A stretch of 64,000 nucleotides of DNA from an uncultured Verrucomicrobiae bacterium (GCA_963719495.1 CAVRCI010000009.1:128001-192000); one strand, 5' to 3'; positions 20,118 to 30,282 are shown, counted from the stretch's first letter. The notes: generated by a model from the sequence alone, not told the origin. Numbers and translations are program-made.

Positions 20118-20702
20118 CTAGGAGCTGGCCGGATCCTTGGCCGGAGCGAGGTAAGAGTCCACCCAGGCACCCGTCTTCAGGTTCATTGCCGTGTCGACGG
20201 CTTTCTCGAAAGCCGGAACCGTGCTTTTCACCCACACGATCTCGCCATTGTCGTTCGTAATGACCAGGAGCCAGCCATGGTAGCTTTCGCCAAACACCGC
20301 GTCAGTCCGATCGTAACGTAGTTCGATCTCCTTGGTCTCGTGCTCCAGCACCCGCCCGTCACGCGCGTTCGAGAGTGCAATGGGAAACTCTTCGCGCTGC
20401 ACGATCTTGTAGCACTTGCGATCCACCGCGGACCGGGCCACCACCCAGAAATATGCCGTCAACCCCTCGACACTCGCGTTGAGCTCTTTGTTCGTGACCT
20501 TGATACCCATCTTCACGCGCTCGGACCGGTCGTCCCAATCCCCACCCTCCACCTTCGTCGAGCGCTCGCGAATCACGCTCACGTCCAGCCGCGGAGGATT
20601 CTTCGCCATTGGCATTTCCGCCATCGCGCTCATTGGCAAACAAGCCGCCATCAGGCTTGGTAAAATGCGCCCCGAGAATTTGCGACTAATTTGACGGTTC
20701 AT
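20118..20702 (-). CDS. Secreted hypothetical protein
   Basis: Signal-like N-terminus ending SAMA; globular beta-rich mature region. Confidence 0.65.
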   Translation of the reverse strand: MNRQISRKFSGRILPSLMAACLPMSAMAEMPMAKNPPRLDVSVIRERSTKVEGGDWDDRSERVKMGIKVTNKELNASVEGLTAYFWVVARSAVDRKCYKIVQREEFPIALSNARDGRVLEHETKEIELRYDRTDAVFGESYHGWLLVITNDNGEIVWVKSTVPAFEKAVDTAMNLKTGAWVDSYLAPAKDPASS

Positions 20703-20855
20703 TACCTCCTCCCCTACCGAAGCGATTCTCGAATTCCAAGCCTATCCGAAAATCTCGGGGAATCCCCTAGACCCTCGATCGCAGTGTATCTATCCGCTCA
20801 ATCTCGCCCACCTCCAATCTCGACTTTCCAAGTCGGAATTCCCAACCTCCCGCCC

Positions 20856-22253
20856 ATGAGCACCCACCTGTTCCGCGAGAAAATGGAAACCGCCGGCGTC
20901 AGCGAATCCGCCATCCGGGCCTTCGAAAACGGCTACGAACGCTTCGCCCGTAACGAGAACGCCCTCATCCCCGAGACCGACATCACCCCCGTCGAATCCC
21001 TCCCCAGCCTCGACGAAATCCGGGACTCCTTCGCCACCGCCGACTCCGCCACCCTCCTCTCGCAGACCGCCGTCCTTAAACTCAACGGCGGCCTCGGCAC
21101 CAGCATGGGCCTCGAACGCGCCAAATCCCTCCTCCCCGTCCGTGGCGACGACACCTTTCTCGACCTCATCGTCCGCCAGATCCTCAGCTGGCGCGAGTCC
21201 ACTTCCAACGTCCGATTCCTGCTGATGAACAGCTTCAGCACCAGCGCCGACACCCGCGCCGCCCTGGCAAATTATCCCGCCCTCGGCGACCCCGCCGACC
21301 TCGAACTCCTCCAGAACAAAGTCCCCAAGATCGACGCCGCCACCCTCGAGCCCGCCACGCACCCGGCCGCCCCCGAGCTCGAATGGTGCCCCCCCGGCCA
21401 CGGCGACCTCTACGCCGTCCTCGCCGGCTCCGGAGCCATCGACGAACTCCTCGCCAGCGGCATCACCTACCTCTTCGTATCGAACTCCGACAACCTCGGT
21501 GCCACCCTCGACCCCGCCCTCCTCGCTTGGTTCGCCGAATCCGGCAAACCCTTCGCCATGGAAGTCACCGCCCGCACCCACTCCGACCGCAAAGGTGGCC
21601 ACCTCGCCCTCCGCGACGGCCACCTCATCCTCCGCGAATCCGCCCAGTGCCCCGACACCGATCTCGAATCGTTCCAGGACATCGACCGCCACCGCTACTT
21701 CAACACCAACAACCTCTGGCTCCGCCTCGACCGCCTCCGCGACGCCATCCACGAAGCCGGCGGCTTTCTCCCCCTTCCCGTCATCCGAAACCAAAAAACC
21801 GTCGACCCCCGCGACAAGAAATCCACCCCCGTCGTCCAGCTCGAGACCGCCATGGGAGCCGCCATCGAGTGCTTCCCCGACGCCGGAGCCATCGCCGTCC
21901 CCCGCTCCCGCTTCGCCCCCGTCAAAACGACCGGCGACCTCCTCACCCTCCGCTCCGACGCCTACGAAATCGCCCACGACGGCCGCACCCAGCTCGCCCC
22001 ATCCCGCGACGGCATCCCGCCCCGCATCGAACTCGACGGCCACTACAAACTCGTCGACCAGCTCGACGCCGCCACACCCGACGGCCCCCCATCCCTCGTC
22101 AACTGCGACTCCCTCACGGTCAAAGGCCCCATCATCTTCGGCCCCAACGTCGTCATCACCGGCCAGGTCATCCTCACCAACAAAGCCGACACCCCAGCCA
22201 TCCTCCCCCCCGGCACCTACGCCAACACCCAGCGCGCAGCGCCCTTCCTGTAG
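20856..22253 (+). CDS. UTP--glucose-1-phosphate uridylyltransferase, eukaryote-type (UDPGP family)
   Basis: LKLNGGLGTSMGL..AKS, LMNSFST, WCPPGHGD, SNSDNLGA, FNTNNLW, QLETAMG, RFAPVKTT. Confidence 0.92.
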   Translation: MSTHLFREKMETAGVSESAIRAFENGYERFARNENALIPETDITPVESLPSLDEIRDSFATADSATLLSQTAVLKLNGGLGTSMGLERAKSLLPVRGDDTFLDLIVRQILSWRESTSNVRFLLMNSFSTSADTRAALANYPALGDPADLELLQNKVPKIDAATLEPATHPAAPELEWCPPGHGDLYAVLAGSGAIDELLASGITYLFVSNSDNLGATLDPALLAWFAESGKPFAMEVTARTHSDRKGGHLALRDGHLILRESAQCPDTDLESFQDIDRHRYFNTNNLWLRLDRLRDAIHEAGGFLPLPVIRNQKTVDPRDKKSTPVVQLETAMGAAIECFPDAGAIAVPRSRFAPVKTTGDLLTLRSDAYEIAHDGRTQLAPSRDGIPPRIELDGHYKLVDQLDAATPDGPPSLVNCDSLTVKGPIIFGPNVVITGQVILTNKADTPAILPPGTYANTQRAAPFL

Positions 22254-22655
22254 AGGGTTGGGAGGGTCGCGCCCTCCGTCACCATCTCCCGGAACGCCCG
22301 ACCCAGGAACCCCGCCCGCCTCACACGATCAACCGCACACCCTGCCGATCCGCCGTGCTGTCGGGCAACTTCTCTTCGGCAATTCGCGTAAGGTTCGTCG
22401 GAATCCGCCACTTTTCCGAAAGCTCACGAATCCGTCGGATCTTCCCGCGATTCGTCCGCGCCACCGCAGTCGTTGGCCGTCCGTCACCCGTGATGCTCCG
22501 AGCCGTCCACCAACACCAACTCCGAACACCAGCCTCCGCCCGTGACGCTCACCACCCACCTCCCGGCCAACCACGGAGCCGGAACTCAACTCGTCGGAAA
22601 GCAATTCCGGTTGCGAAAACAGCGCTTTGCCGTCACGCTTGCAAGACGCCAGCCG

Positions 22656-22871
22656 ATGAAAACGCCAATCCTTTCCACCCTCGTCCTCCTCGCCCTTCCG
22701 GTCTTCGCCCACGCCCACGGCGGTCACGCGGAAGCGGTCGGAGCCACGCACATCGCCTTTCACCTGGCACCCGCGGCAGCGCTCATCGTTCTCACCCTCG
22801 GCGCAGTCGGCCTCATCAAAAACCGCCGCCGCCAGCCATCGAAAGTCGCCGTCCAGCGGGACTCCGACTAG
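22656..22871 (+). CDS. Small His-rich membrane protein
   Basis: MKTPILSTLVLLALPVFAHAHGGHAE..THIAFH, then a TM helix and a basic tail. Confidence 0.6.
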   Translation: MKTPILSTLVLLALPVFAHAHGGHAEAVGATHIAFHLAPAAALIVLTLGAVGLIKNRRRQPSKVAVQRDSD

Positions 22872-22995
22872 ACGTCTAATCGCCCAGGCGAGATCTTCGC
22901 CCACCAGGGATCAGAAACGAAGCAGGGCTTCGATACCACGCCTGAAAGCCCTCCCAAAGAATCGGCGGATCTATTCACCCCGCTCGGGGCAATCC

Positions 22996-23142
22996 TAGAG
23001 CACTTTCAAATTGATTGGACGATTCGATCCGGCAAGCGGGGGGAGGGCGTCCCGCCCTCCTGATCCAAACTCGAGGACAAGACGTCCTCGCCCCGTTTCG
23101 TCGTCCCTTGCCTAGGTCGCCAGTTACTTTGAAAATGCTCTA
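22996..23142. mobile_element. MITE-like element with 15-bp terminal inverted repeats
   Basis: TAGAGCACTTTCAAA...TTTGAAAATGCTCTA (14/15 match), TA at both ends, internal REP-like hairpins. Confidence 0.6.
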
Positions 23143-23247
23143 AATGAAGGGTAGCGCGAGACTTCCACCTGCCCAGGACATCCTCGGAGAATCATTGCCC
23201 GCAGGTCCGAAGGCGTCGAGGGGCGTCTTCCGCGTCCCTAAACCCCA

Positions 23248-23288
23248 CAAAAAAGGCGCCCACCAATACAACCGGTGAGCGCCTCTTC
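23248..23288 (-). terminator. Intrinsic terminator after rpsD
   Basis: Minus strand AAGAGGCGCTCACCGG...GGTGGGCGCC-TTTTTT. Confidence 0.65.
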
Positions 23289-23336
23289 GTCGCGCTGGAG
23301 TCGTAAAGACCTCCCTCGCGTGAATGTGCGGAGGAA

Positions 23337-23948
23337 CTAACGCGAGTAGAGCTCGACGACCAACTGCTCGTTTGCAATCGGATTGATCTCGTCGCGGGTC
23401 GGGATGCGCACGACCTCTCCCGAAAAGTTGTCTTTATCGACCATCACCCAATCGGGGACTGGCACGACGGCCGTCTGATCCATGCTGCGCTGCGCGAGGC
23501 GACGAGATCCCTGGACGTCCTTGATGAGAACCTTGTCGCCCGGCTTCAAATTCGCCGATGAGACGTCAAGCTTGCGTCCGTTAATCTGAACGTGTCCGTG
23601 GGACACCATCTGACGAGCCGCGGCGCGGGTCTTCGCGAAGCCCATGCGGAACACAACGTTGTCGACGCGGGTCTCCAGGAGCTGAAGCAGAGTTTCACCG
23701 GTCACACCACGCTTGTTCAGCGCAATGTGGAAATAACGGCGAAACTGCTTCTCGAGCACACCGTATTGGAAACGAAGTTTCTGCTTCTCCGCCAACGCCA
23801 AAGCGTAGTCGGACACCTTCCGGCGCGACCCTTTCGGTCCGTGCATGCCGGGGCGGTAGTTCTTGCGTTCAAAAGCCTTCGCCGAACCGCCCAACATGAC
23901 GTTGAAGCGGCGACTGACTTTGGTTTTGGGTCCTGTGTAACGAGCCAT
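23337..23948 (-). CDS. rpsD: 30S ribosomal protein S4
   Basis: MARYTGPK, EKQKLR..YG..EKQF, LETRVDNVVFR, VVELYSR. Confidence 0.97.
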   Translation of the reverse strand: MARYTGPKTKVSRRFNVMLGGSAKAFERKNYRPGMHGPKGSRRKVSDYALALAEKQKLRFQYGVLEKQFRRYFHIALNKRGVTGETLLQLLETRVDNVVFRMGFAKTRAAARQMVSHGHVQINGRKLDVSSANLKPGDKVLIKDVQGSRRLAQRSMDQTAVVPVPDWVMVDKDNFSGEVVRIPTRDEINPIANEQLVVELYSR

Positions 23949-23986
23949 TTAAATTGCGGATTTGGGATTGCGGATTGCGGATTGGA

Positions 23987-24847
23987 TTAGACCCGGCGTT
24001 GTTTGGGTGGGCGGCAACCGTTGTGGGGCACCGGGGTCACGTCTTTGATCGTGCTGATGTCGAGGCCGATGGCCTGCATGGCGCGAACGGAGGATTCACG
24101 GCCGGAGCCCGGCCCCTTGACGCGCACTTCAACTTCCTTGACGCCGTGGCCCATGGCCTGGCGGCAGGCATCCTGCGCCACCATCTGCGCCGCGTAAGCG
24201 GTGCTTTTTCGAGAGCCCTTGAACCCACACTTACCGGCGGTCGACCAGCCGAGGACCGCTCCGGTCAGGTCGGTGATGGTCACGATCGTGTTGTTGAAAC
24301 TGGCCTGGACGTGGGCGATGCCGACGCTGACGTTCTTACTGCCCTTGGCTTTGACGACCTTGATTGGCTCGATGTTGTCGTCGAGCGATATGCTGACCGC
24401 GGACGGCTGGGCGGAAGTGGGAGCCTCGGCTTCCTTCTTCTTGGATTTCTTCGCGCCCTTGACCTTCGGAGCGGCGGCCTCATCGGCTTTCGGCGCGTCG
24501 GCAGCACCTTCTGCCTTCGGAGCCTCGGCGACCGCGTCAGCCTTCGGCTCATCAGCGGCAGCTTCTTCAGCCTTCGGAACTTCAGCAGTTTCGGCCTCAG
24601 CCTTTGGGGCTTTGGCAGCCGCCTTTTTGGCTTTCGGCTCTTCCGCGGCCGTCTCTTCCGCCTTCACTTCTTCGTCCTTCGTTTCGGCAACGGGTTCTTC
24701 GGCCTTTGGCTCCTCCTTTGGCGCTTCGGCTGCTGGTTCAGCAGTCTCTTCCTTGGCAGCAGCGGGAGTCTCCTCGGGTGCGGCGGTTTCCGCCTTCACC
24801 TCGGTCTCGGGCGTCTCTTCGTTCGGTGTGTTCTCTTCGTCGGCCAT
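23987..24847 (-). CDS. rpsK: 30S ribosomal protein S11 with a long acidic N-terminal extension
   Basis: [51 protein letters not shown]. Confidence 0.95.
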   Translation of the reverse strand: MADEENTPNEETPETEVKAETAAPEETPAAAKEETAEPAAEAPKEEPKAEEPVAETKDEEVKAEETAAEEPKAKKAAAKAPKAEAETAEVPKAEEAAADEPKADAVAEAPKAEGAADAPKADEAAAPKVKGAKKSKKKEAEAPTSAQPSAVSISLDDNIEPIKVVKAKGSKNVSVGIAHVQASFNNTIVTITDLTGAVLGWSTAGKCGFKGSRKSTAYAAQMVAQDACRQAMGHGVKEVEVRVKGPGSGRESSVRAMQAIGLDISTIKDVTPVPHNGCRPPKQRRV

Positions 24848-24872
24848 GGTCGTATTCTTCGAAATCTAAGGA

Positions 24873-25268
24873 TTAAACTTTGCCCGTCTTCGCGTTCGGG
24901 TTGCGCTGGATACCGACGGTGCGGCGTGGCCCCTTTCGGCTCCGGGCGTTGGTGGAGGTGCGCTGTCCGCGCACTGGCAGGCCGCGGCGGTGACGGATGC
25001 CTCGGTAGCAGTTGATCGCTTGGAGACGCTTGAGGTTGCCCTGGATCTCACGGCGAAGGTCGCCTTCGATCACGACGCGGCTCTCGCTGATCGAGTGAAT
25101 GAGCGTGCCGATCTGCTCGGGAGTCAGGTCCTTGGCGCGAACGTTCGGATCAATGTCCGACTGCTCGAGCAGCTTCTTGGCGGTCTTGGGTCCGATCCCG
25201 TAAATGTAGGGAAGGGAGGCTTCGATGCGTTTGTTTCCGGGGATGTCGACTCCGAGTAGGCGAGGCAT
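24873..25268 (-). CDS. rpsM: 30S ribosomal protein S13
   Basis: [35 protein letters not shown]. Confidence 0.97.
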   Translation of the reverse strand: MPRLLGVDIPGNKRIEASLPYIYGIGPKTAKKLLEQSDIDPNVRAKDLTPEQIGTLIHSISESRVVIEGDLRREIQGNLKRLQAINCYRGIRHRRGLPVRGQRTSTNARSRKGPRRTVGIQRNPNAKTGKV

Positions 25269-25385
25269 ATGAATTTTTGATTGAGGATTGCGGATTGCGG
25301 ATTTGGACGAGCGGATTGCGGGTTGGGCGGGGTGGTCGGGCGGCAGCGCCAATCCGAAATCCGCGTTCCGCGATCCGAAATGGAA

Positions 25386-25499
25386 TCAGCCCTGCTTCTG
25401 CTTGTGGCGGGGGTTTTTGCAGATGACGCGGACGACGTTCTCACGCTTGACGATCTTGCAACTTTCGCAGAGGCGCTTGACTGAGGCTCGGACTTTCAT
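25386..25499 (-). CDS. rpmJ: 50S ribosomal protein L36 (Zn-ribbon type; absent from the ORF track)
   Basis: Translated by hand: [37 protein letters not shown]. Confidence 0.97.
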   Translation of the reverse strand: MKVRASVKRLCESCKIVKRENVVRVICKNPRHKQKQG

Positions 25500-25503
25500 G
25501 ATT

Positions 25504-25722
25504 TCAGGATGAATAAATTAATTGCGGTGGCCGGAGCCTTGTCATGCGGCGTCGCTGCGGCCCGGACGAGTGGTCTGGGAGGATGCGGATGATGGGCATC
25601 CTCTCCTGGCTCCGGCAGCTTGGTCGGGCGTCCCTCCGGCCCACGTCCGGAGACGCGGAACCATCGTCTAGGGACACCTCGACGACCGTATTCGCTACTT
25701 CAATAGCGATCTCCGGTTGGAT
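25504..25722 (-). pseudogene. infA: Degraded translation initiation factor IF-1 relic
   Basis: AIEVANTVVEV...RMPIIRILP in IF-1 register; shifted frames give T-M-/F-R-V and T-P-H-D; lies at the canonical map-infA-rpmJ position. Confidence 0.7.
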
Positions 25723-26462
25723 GTCAACACTTCCGGTGCTCCGTCGGTGATTAAAATCGTGTGCTCGAAGTGGGCCGATGGCGATCCGTCCCGGGTGACG
25801 ACCGTCCACTTGTCGTCGAGCACGTCGACTTCGCTCCGCCCCAGGTTGATCATTGGCTCGACGGCAATCGTCATTCCCGACTTCAGTTTCGGCCCCGTGC
25901 CCCGCTTGCCGTAATTGGGAACCTGGGGGTCCTCGTGCAACTTCCGACCCACCCCGTGGCCGACGAATTCGCGCACCACGGTGTAGCCGTTGCGGATCGT
26001 CTCGGCTTCGATGAAGGAACACATGTCGCCCAAACGTCGCCCACCCCGCGCCAATTGGATCGCATCGTTGAGAATCTGCTCGGTCACCCGGAGCAGGCGT
26101 TCGGTCGTCGGATCGATGATCCCGACCGGAATCGTCGACGCGGTGTCGCCAATGTAGCCGTTGAAAATCACACCGCAGTCGAGCTTCACGATATCGCCGT
26201 AGGCAATTTTGCGCGGCCCGCCGTAGCCATGGACCACCTCCTCGTTCACGGAGATGCAAAGCTGGCCGGGAAACGTGCCCCGGTAGTTTTTGAAAGCGCT
26301 CTTGGCACCAGCCTCGGCGATCCATTCGCCCGCCATCTCATCGAGTTCCTTCGTCGTGATGCCGGGGACGATTTTATCGGCGACCCGATTCAAAATGCTG
26401 GCGGCCAAGTCGCCGGAGCGGCGCATTTTCTCGATTTCCGAAGTCGATTTCCGCGGGATCAT
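25695..26462 (-). CDS. map: Methionine aminopeptidase type I
   Basis: CISVNEEVVHG, GDIVKLD, GHGVG..LHEDP, AVEPM, SAHFEHT. Confidence 0.96.
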   Translation of the reverse strand: MIPRKSTSEIEKMRRSGDLAASILNRVADKIVPGITTKELDEMAGEWIAEAGAKSAFKNYRGTFPGQLCISVNEEVVHGYGGPRKIAYGDIVKLDCGVIFNGYIGDTASTIPVGIIDPTTERLLRVTEQILNDAIQLARGGRRLGDMCSFIEAETIRNGYTVVREFVGHGVGRKLHEDPQVPNYGKRGTGPKLKSGMTIAVEPMINLGRSEVDVLDDKWTVVTRDGSPSAHFEHTILITDGAPEVLTSNRRSLLK

Positions 26463-27118
26463 CGGGCGACCTCCCCGTTCAAAGCGGCGACGATTGCGTC
26501 CGAGACCCTAGCCCGATCGACGGAGGCATCGATGTCGGTGAGAACGCCAGTCGTGCGATAGTAATCGATCACCGGATCCGTCAACCGCCGATGTTCCTCG
26601 AGTCGGCGGGCAAGCGCCGTAGGCGTGTCGTCCGAACGCCGCTCGAGCTTGGCACCACAATCCTCACACGCGTCGCCCGGCGACAAATTGTGAAACGTCA
26701 TTCCATACGTTGCGCCGCATCGCACGCAGGTAACCCGGTTGAGAATCCGGTCCTCGATCACCGCATCCGGGAGGGTGAGATTGATCGCCAGATCGATCTT
26801 CGCGTCCCGCTCGCTCAAGGCCGCGTCGAACTCCCGCGCCTGTCCAATCGTCCGCGGAAACCCATCGAGCACGAATTTTTCCCAATGCCCCTCGTTCAGC
26901 CAGTTGATCAGAATGCGCAGCGCGACTTCGTCCGGAAAAAGCCGACCTTCCCGGGTCCAGACCTCCATTTCCTTACCCAGATCGGTGCCGCGAGCCCGCT
27001 CTTCGCGCATCATGGCGCCCGTCGATGCGGACGGAATGCCGTGAGCGTCCTCGATCAGTTCCGCCTGCGTTCCTTTGCCGGACGCGGGCGGACCTAACAG
27101 GACGATTCGCCGATTCAC
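26459..27118 (-). CDS. adk: Adenylate kinase with a Zn-binding LID
   Basis: GPPASGKGTQA, LDGFPRT..QA, CVRC...CEDC, RSDD. Confidence 0.93.
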   Translation of the reverse strand: MNRRIVLLGPPASGKGTQAELIEDAHGIPSASTGAMMREERARGTDLGKEMEVWTREGRLFPDEVALRILINWLNEGHWEKFVLDGFPRTIGQAREFDAALSERDAKIDLAINLTLPDAVIEDRILNRVTCVRCGATYGMTFHNLSPGDACEDCGAKLERRSDDTPTALARRLEEHRRLTDPVIDYYRTTGVLTDIDASVDRARVSDAIVAALNGEVAR

Positions 27119-27128
27119 GAATGCGCCC

Positions 27129-28628
27129 CTATTGCCCGGAAGCCAGCCAAACGGTCATTCCAGCGATCACCACAATGGCGATCACCAGATAGATCCAAAC
27201 CAGCGAGCTGTCCGAAATGACGGCATTCGATCCCATCCGACGGCTTTCCCGCGACCCGCGGATTTTGCCCTTTCGAAGGAAGCCATCGTAATGACGTTGG
27301 AGAAGGTGAGTTTCGACCTGTCGCATCGTGTCGAGCACGACGCCCACGATGATGAGTAGTCCCGTTCCGCCGAAGAACTGCGCGGTCATGTAGGGAACCT
27401 GCAGCCAGCGGCTGAGAAGCTGCGGCAGCACAGCGATAATCGTGAGGAAGATGGCACCCGCGAAGGTCAGCCGGGTCATCGTGTAATCGAGGAATTCAGC
27501 CGTCGGCTTGCCGGGCCGCACTCCGGGAATAAACCCGCCGTATTTCTTGAGATCGTCGGCAATCTGCGAGGGCTGGAACTGCGTGGCGACCCAGAAGTAA
27601 CTGAAGAAGAAGATCATCAGCCCGAAGAAAACGTAGTGCGGCCAACCGACCGTCAACGCGTCGGCAATCGACCGAGCCACCTCAGACTGCGGGAACGCCA
27701 TCTGCGCGATGGTCGAAGGAAAGAGCAGAATCGCCTGCGCAAAAATGATCGGCATCACGCCAGCGTAGTTCACTTTGAGCGGCATGTATTGCGTCTGGCC
27801 GCCGTAGACCTTCCGTCCGACCACGCGCTTGGCGTATTGGATCGCGATCTTGCGCTGGGCCTGGGTCACGGCAATGACCGCCGCGATCACGATCAGGAGG
27901 AAGGCCACCATCAGAACGAGCACGACCGGACTGACCTGCGCCGCTCCGTCACCAGTCGGAACGAACGTGTTCCAAGCCTGAATGAGACCCGCTGGCAACT
28001 GAGCCAGGATGCCGACGGTAATGATCAACGACACGCCATTGCCGATGCCGCGATCGGTGATCTGGTCGCCCAGCCACATCAGGAACATCGTGCCCGCGCT
28101 CATCGTGAGCACGGTGATAGCCCGGAACGCGAAACCGGGATCCGAGACCAACGGAATTCCGAGACGCGTAATCGTATCCATGATTCCCGGCAGAAACGGG
28201 TTCGCCTGCGGATTCTCGAGCGACAGCGCGAGGAGGTAACCTTGAAACACGCAGAGCGCCAAAGTGGCGTAACGCGTGTATTGCATGATCTTCTGCCGGC
28301 CACCGTCTTCCCGCGAAAGTTTACCCAACCGCGGGATCACCGCTGTGAGCAACTGCATCATGATCGACGCCGAGATGTAGGGCATGATGCCCAGCGAGAA
28401 AATTGCCGCCGCCTGAAGCGCGCCGCCGCTGAACAGATTGAAGAGCGCCGCGACACCGCCGCCGGTGTTTTCACCGGCGCTCTGGAACCACACGCGCAGG
28501 ACTTCCGCGTTCACGCCCGGCGTCGTGATCGCCGCACCGACGCGCATGATGACGATCATCGCCAACGTGAAGAGCACGCGCTGGCGCAGCTCCGGAATTC
28601 GAAAAATGTTGGTGAAAGCAGAAATCAT
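27129..28628 (-). CDS. secY: Preprotein translocase SecY
   Basis: SLGIMPYISASI, GIGNGVSLII, PLKVNYAGVMPIIFA, GGFIPGVRPG, GGTGLLIIVGV. Confidence 0.97.
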   Translation of the reverse strand: MISAFTNIFRIPELRQRVLFTLAMIVIMRVGAAITTPGVNAEVLRVWFQSAGENTGGGVAALFNLFSGGALQAAAIFSLGIMPYISASIMMQLLTAVIPRLGKLSREDGGRQKIMQYTRYATLALCVFQGYLLALSLENPQANPFLPGIMDTITRLGIPLVSDPGFAFRAITVLTMSAGTMFLMWLGDQITDRGIGNGVSLIITVGILAQLPAGLIQAWNTFVPTGDGAAQVSPVVLVLMVAFLLIVIAAVIAVTQAQRKIAIQYAKRVVGRKVYGGQTQYMPLKVNYAGVMPIIFAQAILLFPSTIAQMAFPQSEVARSIADALTVGWPHYVFFGLMIFFFSYFWVATQFQPSQIADDLKKYGGFIPGVRPGKPTAEFLDYTMTRLTFAGAIFLTIIAVLPQLLSRWLQVPYMTAQFFGGTGLLIIVGVVLDTMRQVETHLLQRHYDGFLRKGKIRGSRESRRMGSNAVISDSSLVWIYLVIAIVVIAGMTVWLASGQ

Positions 28629-28695
28629 AAAATCAGCACAAAAGAGGGAAGGTGATCAAAGGCGGGAAGGCTGGAACGGGCAATCGAAAACAAAG

Positions 28696-28786
28696 TGTAG
28701 CGGCTGGTCTGTGACCGCCGCAGACTCCAAGACCGATCGGTGCCGCCATTGACACAAGCAAGCGGCGGTCACAGACCGCCGCTACA
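28696..28786. repeat. GTAG-type REP doublet (REPIN-like); second copy at 50164-50252
   Basis: TGTAGCGGC(T)GGTCTGTGACCGCCG...CGGCGGTCACAGACCGCCGCTACA. Confidence 0.85.
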
Positions 28787-28809
28787 AGGACATCGAACAC
28801 TCAAAAGTC

Positions 28810-29286
28810 TTATGCTTTCGGGCGAAGAGCAGCCGTCTTCTCGCGGAGCGAGATCGTGCCGCCAACCGCTTCGATTTTCTCGCGGGCCGTCGCCGTCAGA
28901 TGATCGATTTCCAGCGTGAGTTTCTTGGTGATCTCACCACGCCCGAGCACCTTGACGCCGTCGAGTTTGCCTCGAACGAGCCCGTGCTGACGGAGAGCCG
29001 CCTCATCGACGGAAGCTCCTTCGTCGAACAAGCGCTCGAGGTCATCGAGATTTACCGTCCCAAAGACCGTCTTGAATTGCTTGTTGTTGAAGCCGCGCTT
29101 GGGAAGACGACGAATCAGGGGCATCTGGCCGCCCTCGAAGCCGGGACGGATCGATCCGCCGGAGCGAGCCTTCTGTCCCTTGTGGCCCTTGCCGGACGTC
29201 TTACCCTGGCCGGAGCTTTCACCGATGCCGAGGCGTTTCTTCCGGTGCTTGGCACCGGGATTTGGTTTCAGATCGTGGAGTCTCAT
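28810..29286 (-). CDS. rplO: 50S ribosomal protein L15
   Basis: [33 protein letters not shown]. Confidence 0.97.
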   Translation of the reverse strand: MRLHDLKPNPGAKHRKKRLGIGESSGQGKTSGKGHKGQKARSGGSIRPGFEGGQMPLIRRLPKRGFNNKQFKTVFGTVNLDDLERLFDEGASVDEAALRQHGLVRGKLDGVKVLGRGEITKKLTLEIDHLTATAREKIEAVGGTISLREKTAALRPKA

Positions 29287-29292
29287 CGGGAA

Positions 29293-29883
29293 TTAGGCGG
29301 TAATGACGGTTTCGTCGGCGACCGCTTCCGTGTCGACGGCGGCGGTCTTGGGTGGCGAAATCCGCTTGCCACGAATGGCCATGATTTCGTCGCGCTGACG
29401 GAGAAGCCCGAGCGCGGTGAAGGTCGCCTTGACGACGTTGGCGTGATTGTTCGAGCCCTGCGACTTCGCGAGGATGTCGCGGATGCCGACCGCTTCCAAG
29501 ACGGCGCGGACGCCGCCGCCGGCGATGACGCCGGTTCCCGCCGAGGCGGGGCGGAGCATCACGCGACCGCCGCCGAACTCACCTTCGACCAGGTGCGGGA
29601 TGGTCGTTTCGCGCATTGGGTAATCCTTGAGGTTCTTGCGAGCAGCCTCGGATCCCTTGCGGATCGCTTCGGCAACTTCGTTCGCTTTGCCGAAGCCGAA
29701 TCCGGCTTTGCCCTTGCGGTTGCCGGTGACGATCAGTGCGCTGAAGCTGAAACGACGACCGCCCTTGACGACCTTCGCACAACGATTGATGAAAACGACT
29801 TTCTCGGTGAATTCCGAAGGCTCCTCCTGGGGGCCGGGTCCGCGACCTTTGCGGTCCCGGCTATTTCTGCGATCCATTGCCAT
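29293..29883 (-). CDS. rpsE: 30S ribosomal protein S5
   Basis: [28 protein letters not shown]. Confidence 0.97.
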   Translation of the reverse strand: MAMDRRNSRDRKGRGPGPQEEPSEFTEKVVFINRCAKVVKGGRRFSFSALIVTGNRKGKAGFGFGKANEVAEAIRKGSEAARKNLKDYPMRETTIPHLVEGEFGGGRVMLRPASAGTGVIAGGGVRAVLEAVGIRDILAKSQGSNNHANVVKATFTALGLLRQRDEIMAIRGKRISPPKTAAVDTEAVADETVITA

Positions 29884-29907
29884 AATGCTAATTCCTTCGA
29901 ACGGGGG

Positions 29908-30264
29908 TTAAAAGTCGAAGCCCGCTTCGCGAGCCGCGTCGGCGAGGGCCTTGACCTTACCGTGATATTGGAAGCCGCCGCGGTCGAAAACCACGCGCTT
30001 GATGTTTTTGCCGGAGGCGCGCTCGACGAGGAGTTTGCCAACTTTCTGAGCGGTCACGACGTTGGCGTGGGCTCCGCCCTCGGCCTTGAGATCCTTTTCG
30101 GTCGTGTGAGCCGAGGCGAGGGTTTTGCCGATCGTGTCGTCGATGACCTGCGCCGTGATGTGGCGGCCGGAGAAGTGCACCGCGAGACGCGGGCGCTCGG
30201 CCGTGCCCTGAACTTTTTTGCGAACGCGCTGGTGGCGAACTTTGCGAATATTGAGATGTGCCAT
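29908..30264 (-). CDS. rplR: 50S ribosomal protein L18
   Basis: [31 protein letters not shown]. Confidence 0.97.
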   Translation of the reverse strand: MAHLNIRKVRHQRVRKKVQGTAERPRLAVHFSGRHITAQVIDDTIGKTLASAHTTEKDLKAEGGAHANVVTAQKVGKLLVERASGKNIKRVVFDRGGFQYHGKVKALADAAREAGFDF

Positions 30265-30282
30265 GGGATGTTTCCTGGAAAA

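Noticed and set aside
22627..22643. Sigma54 promoter before the His-rich peptide
   Set aside because: TTGCCGTCACGCTTGCA lacks the invariant -24 GG
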